Shown here: positions 24,301-35,366 of the stretch, piece by piece
How the letters are laid out: each line of letters starts with the position of its first letter
How positions within the stretch are numbered: position 1 is the first letter of the stretch
From: Cyanophora paradoxa CCMP329
Taxonomy: Eukaryota; Plantae; Glaucophyta
Direction of reading: 5' to 3'
NCBI GenBank assembly: GCA_004431415.1
Contig: QPMI01000115.1
Span: 1 to 64,000, forward strand
Length of the DNA stretch: 64,000 nt
Notes under the pieces: model-generated
The model's database searches: none
Told to the model about the DNA's origin: nothing
What the model saw: the letters and a program-made list of their open reading frames with translations, nothing else
Position numbers and translations under genes: made by a program

Positions 24301-24613
24301 TATCGAAACGTGTGGGAATATCGGGATGGGTTTGACTTGTTTTAAGTTTCCGTTGTCTTCTTGTCGCTTTGATTTCCGCAACCGCGTTTTTTTTAACATT
24401 ACCCAAACTGAAAGCAATGCTAACATCTTCTTTATCGGGATCCGTTTGATTCAGTGATAAAGCATGAATTCTGGAATGCGTCTTACTGGGTTTATCGGCG
24501 CTCTGATCGATAGAAGCCGATCCTTTGATGGTGATATTATCGAAATTCACATGTTTCGGGTTTGTTTTACCACCACTTATTGTTTGTAAATTTGCTGGAT
24601 AATTGAAACTCAT
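18393..24613 (-). CDS. Giant fibre/spike-like protein (~2073 aa): acidic repeats, HxH tail-fibre repeats, two LamG/ConA-like modules, C-terminal H-type-lectin/gp53-like domain
   Basis: ORFs 23462-24613 and 18393-23081 join with +1 C near 23477 (compare the neighbouring GAA CCC CAT repeat); HTHTKxxITDF repeats; GSIAEIIVFNRALT motif twice; C-terminal VTFPKAFAEAPAVV. Confidence 0.8.
19876..22310. repeat. 650-bp near-identical intragenic direct repeat (19876-20525 and 21661-22310)
   Basis: Manual alignment shows four substitutions. Confidence 0.9.
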
Positions 24614-24662
24614 CCCTGCATGCTCTACATATAGAGATTTATTAAATTTCGATAAAGTAAAG

Positions 24663-26218
24663 ATGCCTCAAAAGATCGTTTTAGCGTTGTCTGGCGGGGG
24701 TGCGCGTGGTATCATCATAACAAGGTTACTAACAGAAATTGAAAATAGAACTGGTAGACGTATAATAAATCTTGTCGATCTTGTAAGCGGAACATCCACA
24801 GGTGGTATAATTGCTATTGGGTTAAACATCAGACATCCTGAGATGCCCTATGAACCGAAACTAACCGCTAACGATTTGCATAATATATATCTAACACAAC
24901 TACCGTTAATTTTTGCGAATCCGCGAAATATCATTGAAAATGCCCTTTTCAATACAAAATACGATGCTACACCACTGGAAAGTGCGATTTATTCAGTAAC
25001 TGGTGAATCACTCATAAGAGATTCTCTAAAAGACATTGTGATTACATCTTTTGATACTCAATATATGAAACCAATATTTATAACAAACGATAACAAATAC
25101 AATTTTTTGCCGAATAAAATAGTAGCGCGTGCTACATCTGCTGCTCCAACATACTTTTCACCTGTTAGCATTGTAGATTTCAATAATGGCGTAATTGCTT
25201 CTCTGATTGATGGCGCAATTTCAGGAAACAATAACCCAAGTGTATGCGGTTATAGTCATGCAAAAAAGATTTATAATGAAGATGATGAAATTATAGTTAT
25301 AAGTATATCTTGTGGTGAGGTTGATGCAAATTTAGAATCTGAATATTTCGGATATGCTTATGAGACTGTGAATAGCTGGGGTATTCTTTCATGGATTGCT
25401 TCAACAGAAGGAAGCCCATTAATTAATATGCTAATGGCTGCAAGCGAACTATCCGCTCTTGATAAAATGGAAGAATTACTACCTCCAAATCTTGACCAAG
25501 GATATAATAGATATTTCCGTCTTTCTGTTCCGCTTCCAAATGATATAGTTCGATCACTTGATGATACATCTAAGATACCTGAAATGCTCGCATTCACTGA
25601 AACGTATATTGCTGCAAATGACGCTATGATAAATAGACTCTGTGATTTACTTGTAACAAATTATGAGATTAATAACCCTGTCAGATCGTATATATCTTCC
25701 ACTCTTAATAACATACCTCCCATTGACGCTAATTGGTATCTTCTGTCAGATAATGCGTTTTCTGCTTCGTCTGCGAAATTCGGAAAAGAGGCATTTAAAG
25801 CCCGCCCATCATTAACAGGATGGGAAGCGAACGCATCCGCCATAAACGGAGTATGGGAAACGCCAACTGAATATTTGCAAATTGCTTTTCCATATACATA
25901 TGAAATCGCTTCTATAATTGCTTATGGTTCAGGTATAACAACTGCGTTTATTAAAACTTTCAATGTTGCGACATCGCAAGATGGTTTAACATGGTCCTTC
26001 ATCAAATCTGATGGTGTAAATAGAATCTTTGTATGTGAAAATATAAATAATGCTAATAACTCTGGGATGTATCATATGCTACGGGTTTCCCGCTTATAAT
26101 TAACGATGTATTTAATATACGTTATTCTTTGAGAATTCAATATATTCGTATTTATCCATTAGTATATATAAATGCTCCAACTATGAGAGTCGATGTGACG
26201 GGCGCATTTATACGGTAG
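24663..26218 (+). CDS. Patatin-like phospholipase fused to a C-terminal discoidin (F5/8 type C) domain, ~518 aa
   Basis: LSGGGARG, GTSTG nucleophile elbow, ATSAAPTYF, LIDGA; EYLQIAF...SQDGLTW and, after +1 G near 26065, QYIRIYP...MRVDVTG ending at TAG 26218. Confidence 0.85.
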
Positions 26219-26249
26219 AAAAAGAGGGATTTTTTTCCGATTTTTTGAT

Positions 26250-26720
26250 TATATATATGTATATGTATATGTATATGTATATATGTCGGAGGTTTGTGTA
26301 TATATAGGGTATATATGTCGGAGGTTTGTGTATATATAGTGTATATATGTCATGACGTCATTGTATATATGCGGTATATATGTCGTGACGTCATAGGGGG
26401 GAAGAAGTGTGATATGATAACTGGGGATGAAGTATGATAACTGGGGGAAGAAGTATGATATGATAACTGGGGATGAATTATGATAACTGGGGATGAATTA
26501 TGATAACTGGGGGATTAATTATGATAACTGGGGGGAAGTATGATAACTGGGGGGAGAAGTATGATAACTGGGGGGAGAAGTATGATAACTGGGGGGAAAG
26601 TATGATATGATATGATATGATAACCGGGGGAGAGGTATGATATGATAACCCCACAGTAGGGATGCCCCACAGTAGGGACTTTTTAATTTTCCACCAAATT
26701 ATTTAATTTTGGGTTCCGGA
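26250..26720. repeat. Internal non-coding repeat block of PLV-2
   Basis: (TATATG)n, two copies of TATATATGTCGGAGGTTTGTG, two TGACGTCA palindromes, about 12 copies of TATGATAA(C)TGGGG, two CCCCACAGTAGGGA; lies between convergent genes. Confidence 0.85.
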
Positions 26721-26832
26721 ACCCAAGAATTCCCCCAAAATCATACACACTGCTGTAACTCTTCACCAACTCATCAACTATTAAACCCGCGACCATCACC
26801 GGAATCCTCTTTGCATTTTCTACACATCTTTG

Positions 26833-28233
26833 CTACTTTTGCGAACTGGATCTTAGATTTACCCGGGTTTGAGGTGCTGAATATGTCTCTTTTGAGGTCT
26901 GGAAGTCTGTATACCATCTCTGACTATTGACTTCTGATAGTTTCTGGGTTCCTGCTATGGTTAACTTCTTTAATTCACGCTCCGCCTTCGCTTTCTTCTT
27001 TGCTCTGGCTTGTGTTAACGGTTCTTCTGGGACGTCATCTGCTTTTCCGATGCCTTCCTTACGAATCGCCGAATCGACCCGTGCTTCTTCTTTCGCTTGT
27101 TCGAGTGCATCCACTGTGGGCGCTTCGTGATACTCTACACCTTTGATAGGTAACAGTTCATGAAAAGCAAACCTCCCTTCGACCATTTCACCGTTCGGGT
27201 TTCGCAACCGAAACTTGAAACCCTCTCTCCCTTCGACAGTATAGACGATTCGCGACCAATTGACACCCTGTTTAGCGAATGGATTCTTTTCTATTCTCAC
27301 TCTCACAAACATACCCTGTTTCACACCATCCAAGTAAGCGATCGACTTCTTGAACCGCTCATCTTCTAATCCGATAATCTCACGGTAATGATCTTCCGTC
27401 GTTTCTGCTGGTTTCCTCTTGGTTGCCGAGTGGATGGTATGGTTATAGTTATACTCAATGTCTCCCAAAACATCAAAGAATCTCGCTGTGTTGTTTGCTA
27501 TGCAATAGTTGGTGATCAATCGTTTGATCTGCTTGTTAAATGCTTCGATTCTACCTTGGCTTCGATGATCTGCGACATCACTTATCTGATGGTCTATGAA
27601 CTTCTTAGCAAGGTAATTCGTGAACATCGTATTTGTGAATTCGCTTCCGCTGTCACTCTGAACGCGAGCGATAGGTCGCGGAACTCTTCTTTGTAGCTGC
27701 TCAAACGCCGCAAGCGCCGTAAGAGCACTCTTATCTCTCATCGGAATGATGTAACCCGTGCGTAAGGTAGATTCCATCGCGGACATGAACGTATCGTAAC
27801 CGTCGTTTTGGTTCTTGTATGCAGGGAAAAAGAGCAGATCGATTACGTAAGTATCGAGAGGTTGCCGAATTGGAATCATCGGGTCTCTCTTTCTTGAAAG
27901 GGTCGGTGCGTTTATCTGAACGACTTCCTGTTTATCATACCATTCTCTCATCTTCTTGTAATCCTCCTCTGGTAGTTCCTTTCTCATTGCTCCGAAACCC
28001 TTGTAACCTGTGCGCGGATCGTAAAACTTCTTCGCGATCTTTGATTCTTTCGTTACAGTCTCAGTAGGTAATGCCTCCGGGATCAGTTCTTTAACCATCT
28101 CAGACTTCTTCAAGATTCGTGTGTTCTTCTCTTCGACCGGAATAGTGATTGGTAGCATGTTCCCTTGGTCTTCTTTCATGCTCTTCTTTACAATTTTAGG
28201 GACGGGTCGCAATCCTATCTGTGCTGAGGGCAT
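26833..28233 (-). CDS. rve-family integrase of PLV-2
   Basis: FYDPRTGY, YVIDLLF (D), VQSDSGSEF (D), RIEAFNKQIK (E), YNYNHTIHSATKRKP, GMFVRV...F.KQG.NWS..VY motifs. Confidence 0.92.
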   Translation of the reverse strand: MPSAQIGLRPVPKIVKKSMKEDQGNMLPITIPVEEKNTRILKKSEMVKELIPEALPTETVTKESKIAKKFYDPRTGYKGFGAMRKELPEEDYKKMREWYDKQEVVQINAPTLSRKRDPMIPIRQPLDTYVIDLLFFPAYKNQNDGYDTFMSAMESTLRTGYIIPMRDKSALTALAAFEQLQRRVPRPIARVQSDSGSEFTNTMFTNYLAKKFIDHQISDVADHRSQGRIEAFNKQIKRLITNYCIANNTARFFDVLGDIEYNYNHTIHSATKRKPAETTEDHYREIIGLEDERFKKSIAYLDGVKQGMFVRVRIEKNPFAKQGVNWSRIVYTVEGREGFKFRLRNPNGEMVEGRFAFHELLPIKGVEYHEAPTVDALEQAKEEARVDSAIRKEGIGKADDVPEEPLTQARAKKKAKAERELKKLTIAGTQKLSEVNSQRWYTDFQTSKETYSAPQTRVNLRSSSQK

Positions 28234-28418
28234 CTTTACTTTATTTTCAATATATTAATAATGGACGAGCCGGTTTGGACAGAACACCCAAAACCAAACT
28301 ACTTTGCGATCGATCCAAACGACCCCGGTTTAAGGTGCATATGGTTGCTGCATCTGATCCGTGGTTTACTGCTACTTGGAGATCGAAAAAATAAAAAGAG
28401 AAGTATTGAGCAAGTATA

Positions 28419-31400
28419 TTAAAGACCAAATGGAATGCTGTGAATGCCGTCGGCTGATATCTTCCGTTTGCTATCGAGTTGGTTTAGAGCGACCCTTCTG
28501 CTCTCCAAGTCATATAAGTTGTGGTCTTGCCTTCGCTTGTTTGTTACTGATACTGTTTTTATGATGCCTTCGAACAGACATCTCTTAAAATCGTCAAAAT
28601 GAACCTCTTTTGAGGAAGTCCCCGACATCTTTACTCTTTCGTTGGTCTCAGTTCTAAAAGCATAGAGTTTCGATCTCAGACCCACATACTCCATGATCTT
28701 TGCATTTGGGAACTCATTTTTATATTTACCTGGAACCATGCGGTTTTTGATACTCACGAGAGGATGGGATTTATCGTAATTGCTCCTATCGAGATACTCA
28801 CCTATCTCTTTCATATCTTCATTGAGATTATTGGTTTTCAGGAAAAGACAGAACGAATCTGTATCGTGGAACAGTAGTTTAGCGGTTTCCCACTTCTTCC
28901 TTACCACATCATAGAAGAACCGATAGTTATGTAGTTTCGCGAAATCCAAAACGAAAGCGCCAATTGCTACGGGTTTATCTAAATTTACATGCTTCGAATA
29001 CATCTCAAAGGCAACTGCGTTTTCGTTTAATACATTGGTCGCTTTGATAAGCGGACTTGCTGCGTATTTCTTACAGAGTTTCTCACTGTTAGCGATCTTG
29101 ACAGTTGAGCGACCCCTGCAAGATTCCAAGCATTTACCATAAATCGCATTGTTCATGAGTTTAAAGAAGTCGCTTTCGAAATGGTTAGTAGATTTGTGCC
29201 TGAGTAGAGTATTCAGACCAATATATGATTTCATGAATGGGGAAGTAGCGAATGAGAGAACTTTATGTATCTTTTTTAAAACGACACCCTTCTTAACGAT
29301 GTAATTAAGAAGAGGTCGAGCGATTACGTATTTATTCTTGGGCGTAAATGTCGCTGTAAGTTTGGGGTCTCTGCTGATCTTTTCGCCCGTCAGATCTAAT
29401 AGTTTCTGTTGATAATCACCAAGCATCTCATTGGTGATCACTTCTTTATTCACAATCAGTGGGAAATCATAATGTTCTTCAAGCGATGTGGGGTATTCAA
29501 GATCAACTTCAATAAATGCGCTTCGTCCCTCTACCTCTTTAAGTGCCTCTGTGATGTCTTCCCATCGATAATCTCCGATGGGTAGTGGTTGACTGAGAGC
29601 ATAACCATAAAGATTATTCGCATCCAACAATACTATATGATCGTCGGCATTCTCTACCTTTGCGTATCGTGTGGGCATGGTAGCAAATCCACCGCGAATT
29701 GCTCTCTCAACAAATTCGTATTTCTCTACATCATCAATTAGTGCAATCTCAACTTTCGTGTGTTTGAGCATAGCGTCCCAAGAGAGACCCGGTGCGCTAA
29801 CGTAATGTGCGGGATCCAATCCATATTGAGAAAACGCCAATTTGCGGAATGCTTCAAACTTTCTCATTAAATCACCCACATCCACAGATTGGAAATCCAT
29901 GAAATGGGAAGCATCAATGAACTTCCACATGCCCCATTGAAGCGACAGGTATTGATCGAAATTCTTGCTTAGAATCTCAACACGTAATTTATCATCTTGT
30001 TGGGCAATTTTGCGGAATATTCCATGTCCGCATTCATCCATGTGATCGACAACGATAGCTACTTTGGTTTGCTTTGAGATTCGCCGGTGGAGGTTACAGT
30101 TTCGGCATGCCTTCCCGATGAAATTGCCGGATTGGTGACAATGATCGCGAACGGGGAAGTTTTCGTGGGTGAATCTCTGAGAGCAAATATAACAGTTTTT
30201 TGTTATCTTGTATTCCGCCTTCTGATCGTCTGTGAGTGGATGCATCGAAATATTTCTAAACAGCGTCTCAACTATTTCGGGTCTGATATCTTGGAGAGTA
30301 GCAAAGAGAGAACCGAGAGGATCGGCTCCCTCAAAACGGTATGCTCTCACTTCTTCTCCCATTACCACTCTCAGTGAAACCGCTTTGATCTCTCGTTTAC
30401 TCCTCTGAGCATCGATTGCAACCGAATGATCTTCGACTTTAACGTAACAGATCACAGGGAGCCACACAGTTTTACGCAAGTGTTGCAGACCGAATTCAAT
30501 TACGCTTCCCGCTTTTGGGCATTTGCCTTTGCTCTCCCTCCAATCAATGCAGCGATTCGCTTCAACATGCATGTCTAATTTCTCCTGAGTTCTGAAACGC
30601 GACAAGCAGGTTTCACAGTAGTAAATGCGACCATCACATGCTTTATCAAACGTAGTTTTCAGAAGACGACTAAAAGACATGATAGTAATGTAGTGTCCCC
30701 GATCATCTTCGGTGTTTTCGATAAGTAAAAGATTAATCTTGGTCTTTCTTCTTGGTTACTTGATTGATGGAGAGGATAGAAACACTCTTTGGCGTTATCG
30801 GCTCCGTAAATGTTAATAGAAAGTTCGGGTTCAGTTCTTCGAATCGATCGATTACCTCAGCATCACAGGCAACGGGAAACTGAATACCATCGAAATTGAG
30901 TTCATTTAACCATCGGCGGTATTGGCTCGGTTCGTTACTCTTGTGTTTATTGATGTCCTTTCGATGCAGGTAAGCCAAAATCGCATACTTGAAGCAATCT
31001 TGCCCGTCGATATTCTTAACATTCACCGTCGCTTTCTTGGATGCGATCCATTCGGGAGTTGCGAAATAGCATCCTCCCACAGGTGCATAAGACATGATAA
31101 TGCCTCTAAGTATTTCGATCTTCTCTAAACGGTAACTATCCACTTGCGTCATCTCCTCTTGCATTTTCTGTAACGCTTTGCGAACTTCTGTGTCTATGTT
31201 GCGGGATCGGGTAATTACGAAATAATCGCTGTAAATGAATTTGGTGATATAGATGCGCGGATTACCTACTTTGGTGAATTTGCAAACGAAAGTAAGACGG
31301 ACTTTAACCGCTCTCAGTTGATCTAAGCGGGTTCTAATGCGTTGCGGTAGACTTGGTGCGATTCTTTCGAGGAATTCGATAGCATCCACGACAACTTCAT

Positions 31401-31698
31401 TTCGGGCGCGATAGGTCAACCACGAATACGCTTGATTCATTGCTTGACCATCTTCAATGTCCGGGTCAATTGCTCCTAATCTCTGTCCTTCATCCATGAA
31501 CTCCTCCATCCTCTGCATGCGATTGTAGAGGTCATTTGCAATCTCAGTGAGTTGTCCTAATCGCGGTCGTCTATCTAAGATGGCGGCTTCTCTATCGTAT
31601 TCCGCTTCGGTGATCTCACCTGTAACTAAGAGAGTTCCTAACAATCCAAGTATTTCATTTTTCTTTTCTTTGATCAGTCTGTTCGTTTGGCGGGGCAT
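28419..31698 (-). CDS. Protein-primed family B DNA polymerase (Polinton-type pPolB), ~1093 aa, two homopolymer frameshifts near 30755 and 30820
   Basis: N-terminal CFKYAILAYLH...LNFDGIQFPV...FEELNP, HYITIMSFSRLL, CETCLSRF..H..C, VRDHCH..G...AC..CNL; polymerase motifs DANNLYG, KLMNNAIYGK, HDTDS, GLRSKLYA. Confidence 0.92.
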
Positions 31699-31740
31699 CT
31701 TTGCTATAAAGGAACATTTTTATTTTAGAGTTTGAACGCA

Positions 31741-31941
31741 TTAAGTTCTAATGATTCTCACCGTTGTTTCCTTTGGAATATATATAGTAACATAGTTTCT
31801 CTTCCGCCTGTTATTGATACCACAATTATACTTTATGAACTTTGCAACCTCTTCCAAATCACCTTCCACAATTGATTGGTTCATTTTGACGTTATTCATT
31901 TTCAACTGAGACACACGTTCAATTTTTAAATCACCAGTCAA
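31741..31941 (-). CDS. Small hypothetical protein
   Basis: Short co-oriented ORF upstream of pPolB; start uncertain. Confidence 0.35.
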   Translation of the reverse strand: MTGDLKIERVSQLKMNNVKMNQSIVEGDLEEVAKFIKYNCGINNRRKRNYVTIYIPKETTVRIIRT

Positions 31942-31959
31942 TTTTTTATTTTTTATTCG

Positions 31960-32051
31960 GTGTAACGGGTGTAACAGGTAAATCCCAAAGTTTTCGGATT
32001 TTCACCTCCCTAGGAGCAAACTTTGGGATTTACCTGTTACACCTGTTACAC
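31960..32051. terminator. ~91-bp palindrome, third copy of the motif in both PLV-2 TIRs; candidate terminator or origin
   Basis: GTGTAACGGGTGTAACAGGTAAATCCCAAA...TTTGGGATTTACCTGTTACACCTGTTACAC; other copies at 14796-14886 and 45859-45949. Function inferred only. Confidence 0.5.
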
Positions 32052-32118
32052 TTACTGTTTTCAGTAAGGTTATAAAAAAAGTATGAATTATCAGTAAGAA
32101 TAGTATGTTTTGTTGTAA

Positions 32119-34463
32119 TTAGTTGGGAGCCTCTACGTCGTCGTCGTCGTCGTCGTCCTGAATCATAATCTTTTTTTTCAGTCCGAAGTAACCACGCTTC
32201 ACCTGACCTCTTTCTCGAACAGTTTCAGACTTCACATTAAAGACTTCGCGGACTCGCTTTCCAATACTCGTGGCATCGGTTTTATCATCAACAGAACGAT
32301 AGCCAGCAATGATAGATTCACTCGAAATGAAATCATTTCGGCTTCCGGTCTTCTCATAAGTGCTGCGGAGCCATTCCCCGATTTTATCGTTATCATTAAA
32401 GTATTCAAGTCCCTGATCGATGATAGACTGTGGCGGATTCATCAGCAGCTGTGCAAGATCCTGTTTCTTCCACATGTCCAAGAAGATCGACATTTGAGCC
32501 ATCTTGTATTCGTCGTCATTCATGATGGACATAAGCGAAGTATCCGCTTTCTTCTCACCAGGTTGAGGGTTGGGCTTGAAGACACAAGAGAAACGATAGT
32601 AAGAGAGTCGCCGGTAAATCGCAGCATCGGGTTTACTCATCCCCAGGTTCTCATTCGTCGATAAGAAGATTTGACCCATAGGAATGTAGGTAACAGGATC
32701 TTTGAACAGGGCGCGAACCTTCATCTCGTTACCACCTGTAATCTCTTTGATCTTGCTAATTTGAAGCTTGTCGCCATCTTCCGCTTCATTTGAAAAGATA
32801 ATGCGACGACCCAGAATATCGGCAAGTTCAGGTGTAGCGTCTGATGCATTCTTTTTCGGTTTCGTCCAATATGACATATTGATTGTTCCGAAATACTGTC
32901 CGAATGTTTGCTTGACCATCTCCTGAACGAGAGATTTACCATTGGCTCCAATTCCAGTCCAGAAATTGAACTTTTGAATATCTGTGCGACCACTCAGAGA
33001 GAAAGCGATCGAACCCATCACGAAATTGCGCTCAATTTCCTCTTCGATGATGTCAGAGTAGATGGAAAGGATCTTGGCGACTTTCACAGAATCCACCTCG
33101 GGCAATAATCATAACCAACAGTCTTACTGATCATGTCTTCTGGGAGTCCCCTTCGGAAAGTCATAGAATTCAGATCAAACACGCCATTTGTGAATCCAAT
33201 CACATTGGTAACAGTATCAAGTCTCTCGAAGAATGTCTTATCGTTCATCAGAACTGTGAGATCAGACAGAAGAGAAGTTCGGTAATTAGTCTGTTTGAGT
33301 TTCTTTGCGATACCAAGAAGAACCTGTGATCTCTCCTCCAAAGACGCACGATTCTCTTCATCACGAAGCGCTCTCTGAGCGAATTGCACAGCACGTTGAA
33401 GATAAGCCGGGCAAACCCTGCAACTCAAACACAGATAGATTCGTTTCCCGGTCTCATCCATCTCCCAGATTCCGTAAGCCTCGTTGAACTTGAACCACGT
33501 CTTGTTTGAATACTTGTAGCTGTCTCGCAGAACAAGAAAAGCAACCTGGGCAACATCATAATGTCCGCCATCAGATCCAATCGACCGATCAATTAGCTTT
33601 TCAATCTGAACATCGGTATCAGCTTGAACGCGAACCGTCATAACTCGCTTCTTGCAATTGGTGCTATAACTCGAAACAATATACTTGTCTTTCTCGTTCC
33701 CTTGAAGTATATACCAATTGTTGGAGTCATGGCTTCCCTTGCAGCAGGGACAAATCAGCCCTTTGTTCTCAGCAGTGAAACTGTAACCCTTCTCGGTCTC
33801 ATTAATGATTGTGGGTAAGATGAAACCGAATTCTTCAAGTTTCCGGAGAATGTGTTTCTGCAAATCCTCTTCAATGCTCCTATCAATAGAAGAGTGTCCG
33901 CCTTTCGGAAAAAGGTAGTTTTCAATCATCCACTTTTGGAGTTCAGCACTCGGTTCGATCAACTCACAGCCTTCCGCCCATGGTTCTCTGATCCAAGTTT
34001 TACCGGGGCTTGGGGAAACGTTAATCAAACCAGCCGTTCCAGTGGATGCAACTGTCTTACAGTCAATCTTAGGATAACCTTTGAAAGCACCCGCTTTATC
34101 CCAGAGCTTAACAGTATCGAAGTCAGCAGGACGAGAGAAGTAAACATGATATCCTTTTTTGGTTTTAGCAAGAGGATTGACACCACCGAAATCATCGGGA
34201 TATTCCTCCTCGAATTTGGCGAAATCCTCCTCTTGGTCGAAGTCGATAACCACGATGTTGCGAGCGAGAATGCCCCAAGCAGTATACTTACCGGATTTCA
34301 GGGCTTCATCGAATTTATCCCAAGTCCACGATCCGTCTTTATGGGCGAAGAGGGGTTTTTTGGTATCGGGATCGACGGGGATTACGATATTCTCAGACCG
34401 GACATCGTCTTCACGAAGCCAATCAACAAGGCGTTTCAGGGATTTCTTGGCGGCAGCGTTCAT
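32119..34463 (-). CDS. Primase-polymerase (AEP/Prim-Pol) + D5-like SF3 helicase, ~781 aa, one frameshift near 33100
   Basis: VVIDFD, TKKGYHVYF, CPCCKGSH Zn motif, IGFTNGVFDL (D5_N), GIGANGKS Walker A, FSNE, KEITGG, STN, RRL; +1 C restores YDYCPEVD. Confidence 0.9.
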
Positions 34464-34669
34464 CTCGATAATCGGGGGTGTCTTATCTATGATGGAGAAA
34501 AGAGTTTCTCCGGATTCCTATCATTTTTTGGCGGCTAACCTTTAAGTGGTTGATATCTCTTCAATTACCAAAAACGGCAATCGGGAGATGGTAACGGATC
34601 TATCGAAGCATATCGATAGACCGCTCGAAAAATGAGTAATTGGGTTCAGCGGTCAAATGGGGATTTCCC

Positions 34670-34906
34670 TTAATACTTTCGTGGACGTCCCCGCGACTTG
34701 TTTTCAATTCCCTCCCGCTCCTTACGACGATAATATGAAGCGAGCGATTGCGCCTTCTTATACTCCCGATAAACCGGGTCTTCGTTGTAGAGCGTTCGCT
34801 TCCTGAGAGCATCTCTCATCTTGTAATTGGCGCGGGTCTCCTCTTCTTCTTCGCCGAATTCGATAACACTAATCATGTCTTCGGTTATATGAATTACAGT
34901 CGCCAT
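34670..34906 (-). CDS. Small basic protein with a C-terminal AT-hook-like RGRPRK (frameshifted duplicate at about 39324-39559)
   Basis: 78 aa ending SRGRPRKY; preceded by the shared upstream motif. Confidence 0.65.
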   Translation of the reverse strand: MATVIHITEDMISVIEFGEEEEETRANYKMRDALRKRTLYNEDPVYREYKKAQSLASYYRRKEREGIENKSRGRPRKY

Positions 34907-35111
34907 GTTCCACTTTATATATAGTTGAGAAAATCTTTTACCACTCTGTATTATGCGTTACGTCTTTAAGTAGTTTATGGTGTCATTTTTTGGTGACCAA
35001 AGCCAGTTGGTGTCTACGTTCTTCAATTGCAGATTTAACGGCGTAAATCTGTCGTTTCGATAGTATGATGGCGTAGATCTCTTCGAGCATTCGATACCAT
35101 AACCAAAGATA

Positions 35112-35366
35112 TTATTTATGATCGTTTTGCGCAAACGATCGGCGACGGACAGTCTCTGTTTCTGTAACGGTGACTGTCTCAGTTGTTATCGAATCTTGTG
35201 ATTGCCTTCGCCCTCCATCGCTTCCACCATCTGAGAAATCCATTTCGAATTTCGTATCGCAGCAGTCATTGTGACAATCGGTTACGCAATGCATCTCAAA
35301 CATCTCAATGATCTTTTTCAGAAACTCCATTGATTCCCTCTTTAAACAATATATAATTAAAGCCAA
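35112..35366 (-). CDS. Small hypothetical Cys-rich protein (duplicate 39765-40019)
   Basis: Co-oriented ORF in the gene cluster. Confidence 0.5.
   Translation of the reverse strand: MALIIYCLKRESMEFLKKIIEMFEMHCVTDCHNDCCDTKFEMDFSDGGSDGGRRQSQDSITTETVTVTETETVRRRSFAQNDHK

Noticed and set aside
26220-31960. Third nested self-synthesising transposon (integrase + pPolB)
   Set aside because: No matching TIR pair or TSD found around these genes.
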